A stretch of DNA of 64,000 nt from Gnetum montanum (taxonomy: Eukaryota; Plantae; Gnetophyta), in contig MNCI01000563.1 of assembly GCA_015680685.1 (NCBI GenBank), forward strand, positions 1 to 64,000. The letters run 5' to 3'. A model generated the notes under the pieces. The model did no database searches. It saw only the letters and a list, made by a program, of their open reading frames with translations, and was not told the origin of the DNA. Numbering within the stretch: position 1 is the first letter of the stretch; each line of letters starts with the position of its first letter. Positions 49,115 to 63,083 of this stretch are shown here, one piece after another. The translations under genes and the position numbers were made by a program.

Positions 49115-52100
49115 TCAATCACTAGCCCACAGTTGTTTCTTAATGGCTTTTACGTTCAGCGATGCGTAAGGACGAGGAGGTTTATGGCCTGACTCTTCTA
49201 TATCATCCTCTCCTCCCTGAAATGGTAAGTTGGCCCAGGCTAGGCTGTCATCATCGATTTTAACTTGTTCGGAGACTTGGACATGGGTTTGGTCTTCAGG
49301 CATCTCGATCTCCAAACCCCGTTCTTCTTTGATGTTATTGATAGTCCTAGAAGTTATTTCATCACCGTGTATTACTACCTCTCTCCCTGTGTAAGGGAGG
49401 TGTATCTCTTGGTGTATTGGTGATGAAATTGCCCTCAGTTGGGCCAGCCAGTACCTCCCTAGAATCAGGTTGAAATCGGGCATCTCCTCGACAACAAGAA
49501 ATGTAGCCTTTATTGGGAATTGATCCCCTGCCACAAATTCAATATGCACCATTCCCTTGACTTGAACTCGTGCCCCATTGAACGACTTTAGGCACGATGT
49601 CATTGTAGGACTGATCTGGTCGACCAGGCCCAACTTATCCACTATAGGATAAGGGATGACATTCGCAGCCGCGCCATCGTCACCGTGCACCCTCTGAATC
49701 CGATATTGACCAACCTAGATGGTGATGAACATGGGTTCTATCATCACTTGACCTTTCTCGGGATCATCTTTGATGGATTTATCATGAAAGGTCAGAGGGG
49801 TTGGTTTAGGTTGCTCAGTGGCGGGAGGAAGTATAACAACATGTATCACTTCTTCTTCCGCTGGTAAGCTTTCATCCATAGGTATGGATGTCAACATACG
49901 AACCATAGCCTCACGATGCTTTTGAGATGTCATAAGAAATTCATAGAGGCTCAGCATTTTGTTCTTCTATTTCAAAGCCTACTTGACTTGCGTAAATGCG
50001 TTGAGGAGGTCCCGTTCTAGGCTGGATTGGTTATCTCCTCTGTCTTCTTCCATTCGTCCTAAGAGACGAATCTCCCGAGGCGGAACAACATCAGTCGGAG
50101 GATTGTGTTTCTTCCTGTCAAGGGGAGGTGGTTGTATTTCTGTACCCTTGCCTTGCCCATAAGGTGCAGGCACAGGGATAGAGGCCAGGGGCCTGGGCTT
50201 AGCGAAGCCTAGCGTAGATTTGTTTTTGGTGGCATTGATTGATGCATCTCCTTCCTTTTTTTTATTTGGTGGCAGTTGGTGGTTTTGGTTAGAAGCTTTC
50301 CCCTACGTAAAAGGGGAAACTGGTGGTCTTGGTACCCTAAGGATAAAAGTTACCTTAGGAGTGGGTGCGCACATGGCCGTGGCTTTATCGCTAACGTGAG
50401 ATCAAGTTATGGTTGGAGAGGGCACCTGAATAACAAAGGGTGGCCTCGAGATGCCGGTAATCGTCAATGAAGAACTTGTCCCCTGGGGTGAGTTGGTAGG
50501 TACGTGTAAAACGAAGGGTTGTTTAGGCAGTACCTTCCCTTCACTGTCTGTACTTACCACGTTGATTGTGTACGGTGCGTTATTTGCATTTAACGAGTCT
50601 TTATACACATCCAACGCCTGGTTTTTGGGACGTGTTGGACTACTACCGTCTAGTTTAAGATAACCATCATCAATCATGCGTTGAATGTCATCCTTCAACA
50701 CCCAACAGTAATCGGTATCATGACCACACAACTGATGGTAGTCACAAAAGCAGTCCAGCCTAAAAGATTTCGGAACTAGTGGTTCGTTAGGTAGGGCTAA
50801 AGAAGGATTCTTCAGCAATTCACAATGACACCTGTGACGCTGGAGAGCTTCTTCGGATACCTTTTTATTCTGAATGTATCCTGACCCTAATAATTGTTTC
50901 AACAGTTCCGAATGTTTTATAGGCAGGGCTGTGTATTTTGAGCGATCTTTACACTTGAAGTTTGGCCTTGGCTGGGGGGCTTTTCAGGGGTGGGTGTGTC
51001 CTAACTGGTGCTTCTTGCACTAGCCTCGGTCTCAGCAGATGCTATGGGTGCCTTCTTGTTATTCTTGTTTTTAGCGCCCTCAGCTAGCGTAGCTACTGTC
51101 TTTGTTGTTGCTTTACCCTTGTCTTTACCCTTATTATTGACGTTTTTATAGGCCACGTACGCTGGGTCTTTACTAGCCTCAACAGCATCCTAGATGCTCT
51201 TAGTTTGGGCGAAAGCCTAACTCAAGGAGCTAGGGGCAAGGTAATACAGTTTAGACTTGATGAAGTCCTTAACTGCTCCTTTGAAAATAGCCAGCAGATG
51301 GGCTTCCGCGATAGGTTCATGGATTTCATTCAAGGTAGCACTCCATCACTGTATAAACCTCTGGACTAGTTCAAGTGGATCCTGCTTCACTCCCATAAGT
51401 TGGTCTAGTGTGACTTTTGGCTTTAAATTGTACTTAAAGCGAGTCACGAATTGTGTTAGGAGTTCTTCCAGGGTTGAGATGGAATAGCGAGGAAGCGCTC
51501 GATACCAGTCCAAAGCTTTCCCTGCCAGAGACATTACAAAGACATGGATAATTGTATGAGGCCATTGCTGCAATAACAAGGATTCAGACCTAAAGGTAAC
51601 AAGGTGAGCGTTAGGATCTCCTTCCCTATTATATTTAGTAAAATGGGGCAACGACATCCCTAGAGGCAATGATAGCATTGGAACCACTAGGCTGATAGGA
51701 TCATCCTGGTAGAAATCCATGATTTGTATCGTATCAGAGCCAGCAGCTTTAAGGTGCTTAACTTCCTCAGTGAGGGTCTGAATAAGAAAAAAGGCTTGAT
51801 CCAGACTTGGCGATGAAGAATTTTGTGCAAGAGGAGCAAGGGGTTGGACTGAAAGGGTAGTGCCAGGCAATGGGAATGAAGCGATGGTTTGGCTGACAGG
51901 TGGTGCAATAGAGACTGTCCCCGCAGATGGAGCTACCTATGGAAGCCACCACCCATTAGGTTGAGTAGAGAGATTGGTTGTCACCAGGTGTGTAGGATGG
52001 AGATTGTAAGGGTATTGTAGGTTTATTTGTGGGACATGCATGGTAGGTGCGTCTAAGGGTTGTGCACCGTATAATGCAGATTGATTATGTAAGATAGACG

Positions 52101-52923
52101 GGATCCACTGACCAGCCATGGGTCGTTGAATGGATTGCTGTAATTGAACAGTGGTTGTGATCTGTTGTCTTGCAATGGGTTGCACCGGATTTTGCACCGG
52201 GCGGGTTATAGGTGTGGTATGAGGTTGCACGTGGGGAATAAAATGAGGTGCGGTAGACGCAGGTACCACCGACAGAATACTGATTACACATGATGACGAG
52301 ACTACCCCCATGTTATTTTGAGATGTTATTTGTACTTGTAGGACTGAGGATTGCGTAGTGACCTGCAGGACGACAGGAATATGAGTTTGTGTAGTCATGA
52401 CTAAGTTGAGATGGGAGGCTTCTCCGGTGAGAGGAAATAGGAAATTTATGTATGTATGGGGGCTGAGAGTATGATCTGAATTCATGTGTTCAGATTGGGC
52501 TATGAATTCATCTTCTTCCTCTTCCCCGTTTTGAGGTTCTAGAAGGGACCGTGTAGTCTGACTCCTAGCCATAACCAGCTGGGTCAGGAGTTCATGATAA
52601 TGTTTGGTCAGGGGGATAATGTCATAGGCGGTAGGGGTGAAATCTTGGCCCCCTTTGTGGATTACCTCAAAATTTTGTTTTGCCTCAATCTTAGCTCAGC
52701 TAAGAGCAAGCTTTGCCTGAATCTTGACGCAAATGAAATTGTACTCTTCCAGAGTCATGGCGGTGAATATAGGATCCTTGCCCTATAACCTCAATGAACG
52801 ATGCGATGGCCCCTGAGGTCCTATTGCACCAGAAGCTGGTCCGGTGGTGGTGATGGGATTTATGGATGTGGCACCTGAGTTGGTGGTGATCATAGCAGCA
52901 GTGGTTGCATATGTAGAATCCAT
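49115..52923 (-). pseudogene. Element B gag-protease
   Basis: ATG at 52923; gag FTKYNREGDPNAHL...ALDWYRALP; zinc knuckle CDYHQLCGHDTDYC; protease HGDDGAAANVIP...FNLILGRYWL. Confidence 0.9.
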
Positions 52924-53132
52924 TTTTCAAAGAGGTTAATGACAACAAATGACAGGATCTAAAAGGTGATAGCCAAACAGAATTATGAATGGGCTTTTTG
53001 CCCTGTAGGATTCCAAAGGAATCATTGCTGTGACCAATCTACACCACACGATTTCATAAACTTCCTTAGAGGTATTACGTTTACATTTTTATAGGCGTGG
53101 GTATGGATCGCTTACAGGGCTACCCGTAAAGT

Positions 53133-53166
53133 ACAGATCGGAGGTTCAGCCCTCCTTCTAGCGCCA
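53133..53166 (-). promoter_or_regulatory. PBS of element B, tRNA-Asn(GTT) type
   Basis: Minus strand TGGCGCTAGAAGGAGGG; plus strand TCGGAGGTTCAGCCCTCCTTCTAGCGCCA resembles the plant tRNA-Asn 3' end as recalled. Confidence 0.8.
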
Positions 53167-53172
53167 AAAAAT

Positions 53173-54778
53173 TGTAACGATGGAAAACATCGATCGCTGG
53201 AAACTACCAAATGAAAATCTTTGTACACAGTCTTAACCACGGATCCGTGCAAGGGCTATGCTGGAGAAAACGAATCCGCGGTGCCCTGAACACTCTTGTC
53301 GATCAGACAGGGACTTACTTAATCAGTAAATCGATGAATATTGCGATAATATATGTATTATATAGATATTCCGTGCAACAATTTGATTTGATGAATCGTA
53401 AAAGGAGTAGAAAACGATGTAAATGAATTGAAATAACGACAATGTCAACGTGACAAGGAAGATCAGATTTAAGAAGGATGCGCAATTCCAAGATCTATGT
53501 TTTGACTTGAAAGCTGAGAATATTGTATATAAAGTTCCAATGGCAAACTCTGCTTATCTTGTGCGAAGCATACACAAAATAACAAGAAAACTGTTCAACA
53601 GAAGCACAGAATGAAGCTTGGTCTACCTCGTAAGCCAAAGATGGGATGTAAGGAAGGTCAAGCCTGGATGTCTATCGATCAACTATTTCTGATCAATAGA
53701 TCTTGACAACCGCACCAGACGATCTCTCGATCTCTAATCTGCTCCCTTTTTGCCTACGGTAGTCTCTGCTCAAAACTGCCAATGATCGCTAATGGAGAGA
53801 ACTGTATTTTCACCAAAGGATTGATCACTCCTGCTGCCAATGCTCAAGCAAATGTCTTCTGTTTCTGCTCAAAAGGTGATAGTTGCCAAAAAAGCCCAAG
53901 ATGATCCTCTCTTTAGATCTTCGCCAACTGGAGTATTTATAGAATCGGTAGTACATGGAGAAGGCATGGTCCTGATGACACGTGTCTCAACCTTCAAAAT
54001 ATCGTTGACTTGGAAAAATTTATGTTGAAACTGGTCATGTTGCATCACATCTTTTGGAAAAGGGGGCAAAGTACGCTGTCAACCACTTCCACTGAAGCTG
54101 CTTCATGATTATGCACAATACGCTCATCAACATATTGTGCGTGTGGATAGCAGGTGCGTATCTGGTACTGCTTTAGCTGGCTTTAGGCTGTATTACGCTC
54201 ATTTACGCTGCATCACGTGGTAGAGCGTAATAGAGCATGGAAGTAGTTGATTCAAGCTGTTTTATGCTCCTTTACGATGCAAAGCGCAATAGAGCGTAAA
54301 AAATGATCAACTTTACAATAAATTACGCTTGCCTACACTATGTAGTGTAATGAGTGTAAAGCGATCAATCTACAAAAAAGAAGAAATCAATCTGCTGCGC
54401 TTCCTTGGACTCTGAATTTGCTTTCCTTGAAGCTCGTTATGCTGCTCTGTGTAACAGAGCTTAAACTCAACCCTGAACAAAAGACTTAGCAGAATATGCG
54501 ATAAGCCTTAAACCTTAAACTTCATCAAAATTGCCGAAGTAAGTTACTTTCTTATATCGGGCTATGTTAAATAGAGCTACGCTGAGTGACACTACGCTAT
54601 GTTGCGTAATGTAGAGTAAAGAGAGAAAACAAAGTAAGGTGGAAATTTGTAAGAGACTTGGAGACTTGATGCTATGCGCCTCTTTGCCTTGTTTTGTTTT
54701 CTGGATTTCTGTTGCGAACTTTTCGCCCGTATCGTGAATCTTCACCTTAGGCCGATTCACAATTTCTACGGTGTTTCA
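53173..54778 (-). repeat. 5' LTR of element B
   Basis: TGTAACGA...GTGTTTCA, adjacent to the PBS; two small insertions relative to the 3' LTR (~54107-54133, ~54627-54670). Confidence 0.95.
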
Positions 54779-54783
54779 ATGGC

Positions 54784-56332
54784 CATAGCTACATGTTCTT
54801 GTTTGCCCTTATTCCTATCCCTCTTAGTGTGTTGATTCTTATAGGTTTTATATGTAGGATTATTACTGGCTTTCATTGCCTCTTCTATCTTTTTGAACTA
54901 GGAGAAGGCTTGATTGAGAAACCAAGGATCCAAATAATAAAATTGAAACTTAATAAAGTCATTAACTACCCCTTTAACAATGGTCAAAATGTGTGTTTTA
55001 AAGATGGATTCAAGTATTTCATTAAGTCTAGTGTTCCATCTTCGAATGAACTTTTGGACAGGTTCAAGAGGCCCCTATCTCACTTTCATAAGCTGGTCTA
55101 GCATTATCTTAGGTTTCAGGTTGTACTTAAAGTGGTTAACGAATTGGTTTATCAAGTTATCCAAAGAGAAAATAGATCCTCTAGGTAGTGCCTAATACTA
55201 GTCAAGAGCTTTTCTATTTAAGGACATGGGAAAGATGTGTAGCACTATATGTGGCCAAGCCTATAATAATAGGCACTCAAAATGAAAGGTAATTAGATGG
55301 GCATTGGGGTTGCCTTCACCAATGTACTTGGTGAAGTGAGGGATGGAGACACATGCAAGAAGACTTATTTGTGGGACATTAGGGATTAAATAATCATCTT
55401 GGTAAAATTCCATGACCTTTACTATCTAGGTGATGCTAGTCTCAAGATTTTTCAACTTGTTGGTAAGGTTTTGGATCAGCTGAAAAGCTTGGTCTAGGCT
55501 CTAAGGTGCACCCATAGGATATACTAGTTGTGTGACTAGCAAAATGGATGGTTGACCACTTGAGGTCTTAAAATGAATGAAAACATAGGCTAGTAAGGTT
55601 TCATGGCCACTACTACAGGGGGTTTGAATAAAGAAAATAAGGTATGAATGATAATTTGTGGAATGAAGGGCACGAAGGGAATATGAAAGGCTTGTGAGAC
55701 TTGAGATCTCAGAGAAGTACTTGCTGAAATAGTAAAAGGAGATGGCATGAAAGTTGTAGTTAGTAGTGGTCATGTGAAATGAGGTTGGTCTACAAATGGC
55801 ATGGTTGTCAACAAGGAGGAGATCTAAGAAGTTGGTTATGAGGTTTGACCTAAGGAGGTGGTAGGAGTCACCTATGTGAACTATATAAGGGGCTATTCAC
55901 AAATAAGTTAGAGATGGATTATTGTATGGGTTATTCTTCATGAGCATCATTATCATAGTATCCCCTAAACCCATCCTAATCCTTTTCATCCTATCCTAAG
56001 CTACCCTCCTCACTTGCCACAGCTTCCTCATTGGCACCTACCATTTGGTCTAACAAGTTAACACAAATTTTAAAAAGTTTGATTTTGTCATATGGGAAGG
56101 GAACATACTTCTTCTTGTTCCTATGAACAAACTCAAACTCACATTTAGAGTCTAACTCCTTACGTGGAATAGATAGATCAACTTGGGTTTTCACACAAAT
56201 TAAATTATAGTAGTCATCAATAATGTTGGCATGTGTGGTGTTGCATCCCATAAGCCTAAGAGACTGCCAACACTCCATTATAGCTGAGTTCTTAGTATCA
56301 TAGATGCAAGCAAATTCCCTGTTCCTAGCCAT
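54784..56332 (-). pseudogene. Element A gag
   Basis: N-terminal SLRL...YNLICVKTQ matches element B's SLRL...YNFICVKIQ; HFTKYIGEGNPNAHL; continues at 37634 across insertion B. Confidence 0.8.
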
Positions 56333-57477
56333 GACAATGATTTGGTGCAATAGGATAATTGAAACAAAAGGCATAAACTATAGGGGATTAGTTAATTAGT
56401 CAAGGTGATAAAGGTTTTAAAGGTTTTTAGTGTCTTAAACAAGCTATAAGCTTGTAGCGTATAAGGCTCACGGTATATGGATCTACAACATGTAGGGCTT
56501 ACAATGTGTAAGACTTCACAGTGTGTAAAGCTTAGTGCATGTAAGACTATAGCATGTGAAGTTGCACATGTGAGGCTACAACATGTAAGGCTATAGTGTA
56601 TGAAACTGTAGCTTGTGAAGTAGTAGCATATAAAACTACAACTACAACTAAAAAAAATAATTTTAACCAATGTATAAAACTAAGAAAAAATTAGAAAAGG
56701 TTTAGCATGTGTAGAAACAAGAGCAAGGAAAACACTTTACATTGCAATAGTTGAAAAAAATTTTAAATTGTAAAAATGTAGGGAATGAAGCAATGATGTA
56801 CACTACAACTGCAAGATAGCAAAAACAATTTTAAAATTAATTTTTGCATATGTAACTGTGAAACTGGCTATTAAAAATGGCAATGATGTAAGAAATTGGA
56901 TTGCAAAAAACCCAAATCATTTTTAGTTTGACAAATATGCTACATATAGAGCAAAAACAAGTAGAAAAATGGTTTTGTAGATGGGTTTTTTGGATTGAAA
57001 AGTTAGGCAGAGGCCCTCTTCTAGTGCTAGAAAACTATAGTAATGAAAAAAAAATTAGTGCTAGAAAACTAAAATGATCTATGTAAGATAGTTTTAACTC
57101 CAAGATCCATAGGCTTCGAAAGGAACTATAGCACCTTGAATAGTCTGGCTAATTAGTTAAGGACTTAAAAAGTTTGTTACCAAGTGATGAAAATGAAAAT
57201 AAACTGCAATGAAAGCATGTGAAATGAAGGTTTAAAACTATAGTAAGAACAGAGAGGTAAGAAAATGAGAAGGCCAAAACAAAAAGAACTATAAACTTTA
57301 AATTAAATGTTATAATAAACAGTGCAAAACCAAATTTGTAGAGAGTATAAATCACTAGTTTTAAAAGCCTAAGAATACAAAATATCTGTTGAAATTTGAT
57401 GCAAATGGTAGGGTGTGTTCTACACTTGATTTGCATAAGTCTCTTAATCGATCTGCACAATAAATGCTATTGCAAAG

Positions 57478-60400
57478 TGCAAAATTTTAATGTGGAATTC
57501 TATAAAGAATAAGAAGTCTAACCACATTTTTCAATATATAATGAGTACAAGAAACAACTTTCCTAAAGAAGAGAAAAAGTACAAGGAATGTTGATAAAAT
57601 GATTAGGGAAAGTTGATAACTAATCTTCAAAAAAATAAGGAAACAAAGATACCTTCTAATAATGCATCATAAGTTTCAATCAAAGATAGAACTAAATCCC
57701 CTATATTTCTAAAATAGCAAATAAAATAACAAATCATAGAGATTATTGCCTAGAATAATTCCACACTCCTCCTCAAGCTAGGCTAAAAATATTTTTCATC
57801 CTAAGCTTGGAACCTAATTCTTCGAAACATTTTATAGGTAACACTTTTGTTAGAATATCAGCAATTTGAGAACTTGTTGGTGTGTAGACTAACTAGATGA
57901 CATTGCCTTCAATCTTTTCTTTGATGAAGTCTTGATCAATCTCCACATGTTTAGTCTTATCATGATGAACTGGATTCTTGGCTATACTGATTGTTGATTG
58001 GTTATCACATAGAAGCTTCATCAATTCTTCAATCTTAACTTTAAGTTCTTCAAGTAGTCTTCTAATCCAAATTCCTTCATAAATACCATGGGCCATAGCA
58101 CAAAATTTAGCTTCTACACTACTCCTTGATACCACAAATTTCTTTTTGCTTCTCCAAGTAACAAGATTATCCCAAACATAGGTGTAATAAGCTGATGTAG
58201 ATCTTTGATTAGTCATGAAACCTACCCAAGATCTCTACCCCTTGGCTTGAGTACTTATTGAAAAGTTTTCCTTTTCCTAGCATCAACTTTAAATATCTTG
58301 GAATTCTATAGACTGCTTCCAAGTGTTCTTCTCTTAGGTCATTAATGAATTGGCTCATAACACTAATGGAGAATCCAATGTCAGGATGAGTATGTGAGAG
58401 ATAGATTAATCTACCAACTAACCATTGATATCAACCCCTATCAATAGGAGTCCCCTTTTTTGTGATCCCCAATTTAGTGATCTCCATTGGATTGTCTACT
58501 AGCTTACATCCCAATATCCCACATTCTTCAAGAAAATCCAAAACATACTTCCTCTAAGATATAGAAATTCCACTCCTTGATCTAGCCACCTCCATACCTA
58601 CAAAATATTTAAGATTTCTTAGATCTTTGATCTCAAATTCTTTTGCAAGATGCTTCTTCAAATTATTCATCTCCTCTGTGAAATCACTAGTAACAATTAT
58701 ATCATCAACATAAACTATTATGATAGATACCTTAATAACTGTGGACCTTTTTATGAACAAGGTATGATTGGCTTGGCTTTGGGAGTATCTATGCAACTTC
58801 ACCACCTTTGTAAATCTATCAAACCAAGCTCTTGGAAATTGTTTAAGACCATATAGAGACATTTTCAACTTGTATACTTGATTCCTTATAGTGTGAGTCT
58901 CAAACCTTGGAGGAATTTTCATGTATACATCATCTTCTAGGTCTCCATTTAGGAAAGCATTCTTCACATCTAACTAAAATAGTGGCTAATCAAGGTTGGT
59001 AACAAGAGACAAGAGAACCCTAACAATGTTAAGCTTGGCTACAGGAGCAAATGTTTCTTGATAGTCAATGCCATAAGACTAAGCAAAACCTTTTGCAACA
59101 AGGTGAGCTTTGTATCTTTCAACATTGTCATCTTCCTTATACTTCACTATGAATATCCATTTGCACCCAATTGGATTTTTTCCTAGAGGCAAATCAGTTA
59201 TCTCCATGTTTGCTTCTTTTCAAGAGCCCGAATCTCCTCAAGAACTTCTACCTTCCATAAGGGATTTTTGAGTGCTTCTTAGACATTAGTAGAAACCTGT
59301 ATAGCATCCAAATTCATGACAAAGGCCTAGAAATTTGGTGAAAAGTTATAGTAAGAGACATAATTACAAATAGGATGCTAAGTACATGATCTAACCACCT
59401 TCCTTAGAGTAATTGGTCAACCCAAATCATCAAGAGTATCACTAGTAACAATCTCAGAAATTGTGTTACCTTCATTTAATGAATCTGAGTTGGACTTTTG
59501 GATGAGTTCAAGAGAATTTGAACGTTCTCTTTGACATTGTGCACTTCCTCTCTTGGAATGAACACTTAGCTCATCGTTCATTAGTGAGTCCAAAGAAGGA
59601 TTAAACTTAGGGTTAGGCTCTTAAGAAGTGGGCTCGGGTAGAGTAAATTGGGAGGCTTGGTTGACATGTTTAAAAGTGAAAACTATAGGAGTTTTGATCT
59701 TATGAAGGAATTCTAAATCATTCTCAAAATCCCAAGATAGGCATTCGTTATTATATTCACTCTCCCATTGAATGGTAGTATTGGGATAAAAGGGTTGATT
59801 TTTTAAGAACAAGACATCTATGGAGTGATAATACCATTTTGTGATTAGGGAATAACACTTGTACCCATTCTGATTTGATGAATATCCCAAGAAACTACCT
59901 TTTATTTCTCATGGGTATAACTTCCCTCAATTTTTTCAGTGGATGTGGACAAAAGTTGAACACCCAAAAATTTTGAGTGGAATGGTAAACACAAGCTGAG
60001 AGGAAGGGTGATATTTCAAGAGTGTTTTTAGTGAAGTCTGGAACTTGAGAACATGAGAAGGCATCTAATTTATCAAAAATGATTCAATGAGTATTTCATA
60101 TCCCCATAATTATTTAGGAAAATTGGTTGAAAACATTAAGGACTAGGCAACTTCAAGAAGATGTCTATTTTCTTCATTCTGCAATGCCATTTTGTTATGG
60201 GGTGTCAACATAGGAACTCTGATGAATGATTCTTTGACTCAATAAATATTCTTCCAAAACAAACTTGAAATATTCTTTGCCATTTTATATTTTGTGAATT
60301 TGAATTTTGGTTTGAAATTGAGTTTGAATCATGATGTTGAAATTTTTGAAGACTTGATCAACTTTGGATTTTCCTTTTAAGAGATATACCCATGTCATGT

Positions 60401-62503
60401 AAGTTTCATCATCAATGAATGACACAAACCATAAGGATCCTAAAAGATTTTTTACCCGAGAGGGATCTCACATATCACTATGAATCATTGAAAGGGGATA
60501 AGAAGGTTTGTATGATTGATTTAGAAATGGACTTCGTGTATGCTTTGAAAATTGACACACTTCACATTAGAACAAATTTGGATTTTTACTCTTGAATAAT
60601 GATGAAAAAAATCTTTCAAGATAAAAAAACATGGAATGACCTAAACAAAAGTTCCATAGCATGACTTCATTATTTGAATGAGAAACAAGAATCTTGAAAA
60701 CATAGACTACCAACTTTTAGAGCTTGTCCATGTGGAGAGTTATTGCTTGTGATTAGGTATAACCCCACACTTTCCTTAGCCATACCAATTGTCCTTCCCA
60801 TATCCATATCTTGAAAATCACACAAGTTTTTGAAAAATTTAGTGACAAAATTATAATCCTATGTAAGTTTATTGATAGATAACAAATTGCAATACAAGTT
60901 TGGAACAAACAAAATTGAGCGAAGTGTCAAATCCTCAATTAATTTCATTGTTCCAATTCCAGCCACTTGAGAATGCATTCCATTAGCAATTCAAACATTC
61001 CACTTCTCCTTACATGGATTTATTTCAATAAATAACCACGAGTCTCTAGTCATATGATCAAATGCCCCAAAGTCAACTATCCAAATAGTAGAATTTTTTC
61101 CTTTAACATTGAAAGCATGCATGATTTTACCTCTATGAGCAAAAAATCCAATGGCTATGACAAAGGAGGATGAACTAGTTTGCTACTACTCAAACAATTT
61201 TTGGAGTAATTCAAGTTGTTCTTTGCTAAAGAGAGTGGTTTCAATGATTTCTGATTTTTTTTCAATTGTGGTCAAATTTCCTCTGCTATCCTTTTGAGCA
61301 GAAAATTTGACATCATTGGGTTTGTTATGTAATTCCCAACACTAATCCTTTGTGTAACCAAGTTTGTGAAAATGCTCACATTTAGGCCTCTCCTTCTTCT
61401 ACTTTCCATCATTGAATAGTGGCTATCCTCCATAAGTTGCCATTTCAAAAGCTTTGCAATTGTTAGATGTGCCTTGCTTTTCCATCATGATCTTCTTGCA
61501 TCTCTCTTCATGTCAGACATCAACAAATGCTTCATGAAGACTCGATAGAGGGCTCTTTGATAAAATCCGTCCACAAACATCATCTATTTCTTATTTAGGT
61601 CAATTAAGAACTCGTATAGACATGCTTCTTCAACAATATTTTTGTAATACACAACATCATTAGGACACTTTCATTTGTATTCTTGGAACATGTCTAATTA
61701 TTGCCAATGACAGGTGAGAATGTTGAAGTATTGTGTGATGTTGAGATCTCCTTGTCATTGATCATGAAGAATACTCTCAATCTCAAACAACTTGGACATG
61801 TGTATATGCCTCCTTAGCAACTTCCCAAATTTCAACTATTTTTTCATATAGGAAAAAATTTTCTCCAATCTCTTTCATCATGGAATTGAGAAGCCATGAC
61901 TTAACTAGATTATTCTCCGGCTTCCACCCTTGAAAGGATTCATCTTCCTTCTTTAGTTGGATTACTTCATTGGTAAGGTATTAATCTCTACCTTTATTGG
62001 TGATAAAGATAAAAATGGATTGTTACCAAGTGAGATAATTCTAGCTGTTAAGCTTGTGGCCAATGATGAAAAAAGATAAGTGATCAACAACACCCAATTG
62101 GCTGATAGAGCTCGGGATGATGATTTCCGTAGATGAGACTTCCTTATCGACAACCATTGAAAATTTTCAAAGATGGCTCTGATACCATGTGAAATTTTAA
62201 TGTGGAATTCTATGAAGAATAAGAATTCTTACTACATTTTTCATTATAGCTATATAGACTATATATAATGAGTACAAGAAACAACTTTCCTAAAGAAGAG
62301 GGAAAGTACAAGGAAAATTGATAAAAAGAGTAGGAAAAGTATATGGAAAGTTGATAACTAATATTTAACAAAATAAGGAAACAAAGATACCTTCTAATAA
62401 TTCCTCATAAGTTTTAGTCAAAGATAGAACTGAATCCCCTATATTTCTAAAATAGTAAATAAAATAAAAAATCAAAGAGATAAATGCCTAGAATAATTCT
62501 ACA
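57478..62503 (-). mobile_element. Full-length Ty1/copia element (Ale/Retrofit-like), degenerate
   Basis: LTRs at 57478-57765 and 62188-62503; TSD CAAAG/CAAAA; Met-PBS GCTCTGATACCA (62176-62187); PPT CTCCTCCTCAAG (57766-57777). Confidence 0.92.
57780..62160 (-). pseudogene. copia gag-pol (gag, PR, INT, RT, RH)
   Basis: KSWLLNSM, WIVDFGAFDHMT, KNAFLNGDLEDDVYM...SLYGLKQFPRAWF...YVDDIIVT, WRSKKKFVVSRSSVEAK...CDNQSTISIAKNPVHHDKTKHVEID. Confidence 0.92.
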
Positions 62504-63083
62504 CAAAATCTCTTCATTTCTATAAATCCACATTGAAAGGCTACAAAAGGCTATGAAAATTTGTGACGATGCTCTACTATTTCTTGCCAAAAATATGATT
62601 TTCCAAAAAGTCCTAAAAACTATGCAGAATTTGGTATAAATAGGCCTTGAATTTGTTGTGCTAGCACCTGTTACACTCCCATATGCTTTCTAGAGCATTA
62701 CATCATATTTTTGTGTCATTTTCATGGCCAAAATGTGCAACGTATGGGTCATCAATATTTTTGACTTTTTCCATCATGTTTTGGTAGTGTAATTGTAGCA
62801 TATAGGCCACCAAAATGTTTGACTTTTGTGCTATAAACTAATAGTGTATTTCACATTTTGACCCTCACATGCTAGCATAAATGAAATTCACAACATGTGG
62901 GTTGTAAATTTCACTTTACATATTAAAATAGTCCAAAATTATTTCGAAAACAAGGCCATAGAGTAGGATTTTTTATGAGAAAACAAGGCAATTGTTTCTT
63001 CTGCTAAATTCCTATCAAATTACAATGAAAATTTTGGCTACCAAGCTTTTTATTTGTCACATGAATTTTCTTGAGATGTTAAA

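Larger units (their letters stand above)
37640..54778 (-). mobile_element. Tat-lineage (Ogre/Retand-type) element B, full length, younger
   Basis: LTRs at 37640-39178 and 53173-54778; perfect TSD ATGGC (37635-37639 / 54779-54783); PBS at 53149-53166; PPT at ~39183-39195; long residual ORFs. Confidence 0.95.
23305..63083 (-). mobile_element. Tat-lineage (Ogre/Retand-type) element A, old
   Basis: LTRs at 23305-24308 and 57036-63083 (the latter split by copia); TSD AACTT/AACCC (ancestral AACCC restores host GLV codons); PBS at ~57013-57035; PPT at ~24311-24325; domain order gag-PR // RT-RH-aRH-INT. Confidence 0.85.
57036..63083 (-). repeat. 5' LTR of element A (interrupted by copia at 57478-62503)
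   Basis: 57036-57477 and 62509-63083 together are collinear with 23305-24308; degenerate Asn-type PBS (CCCTCTTCTAGTGCTA) adjacent. Confidence 0.85.

Noticed and set aside
53133-53166. tRNA-Asn gene
   Set aside because: Only the 3' ~30 nt including CCA are present, adjacent to an LTR; this is a primer binding site
56440-56650. Short GCATGTGAAGCT-like repeats in element A leader
   Set aside because: Low-complexity, poorly conserved sub-repeats common in Tat leaders; no evidence of a specific function
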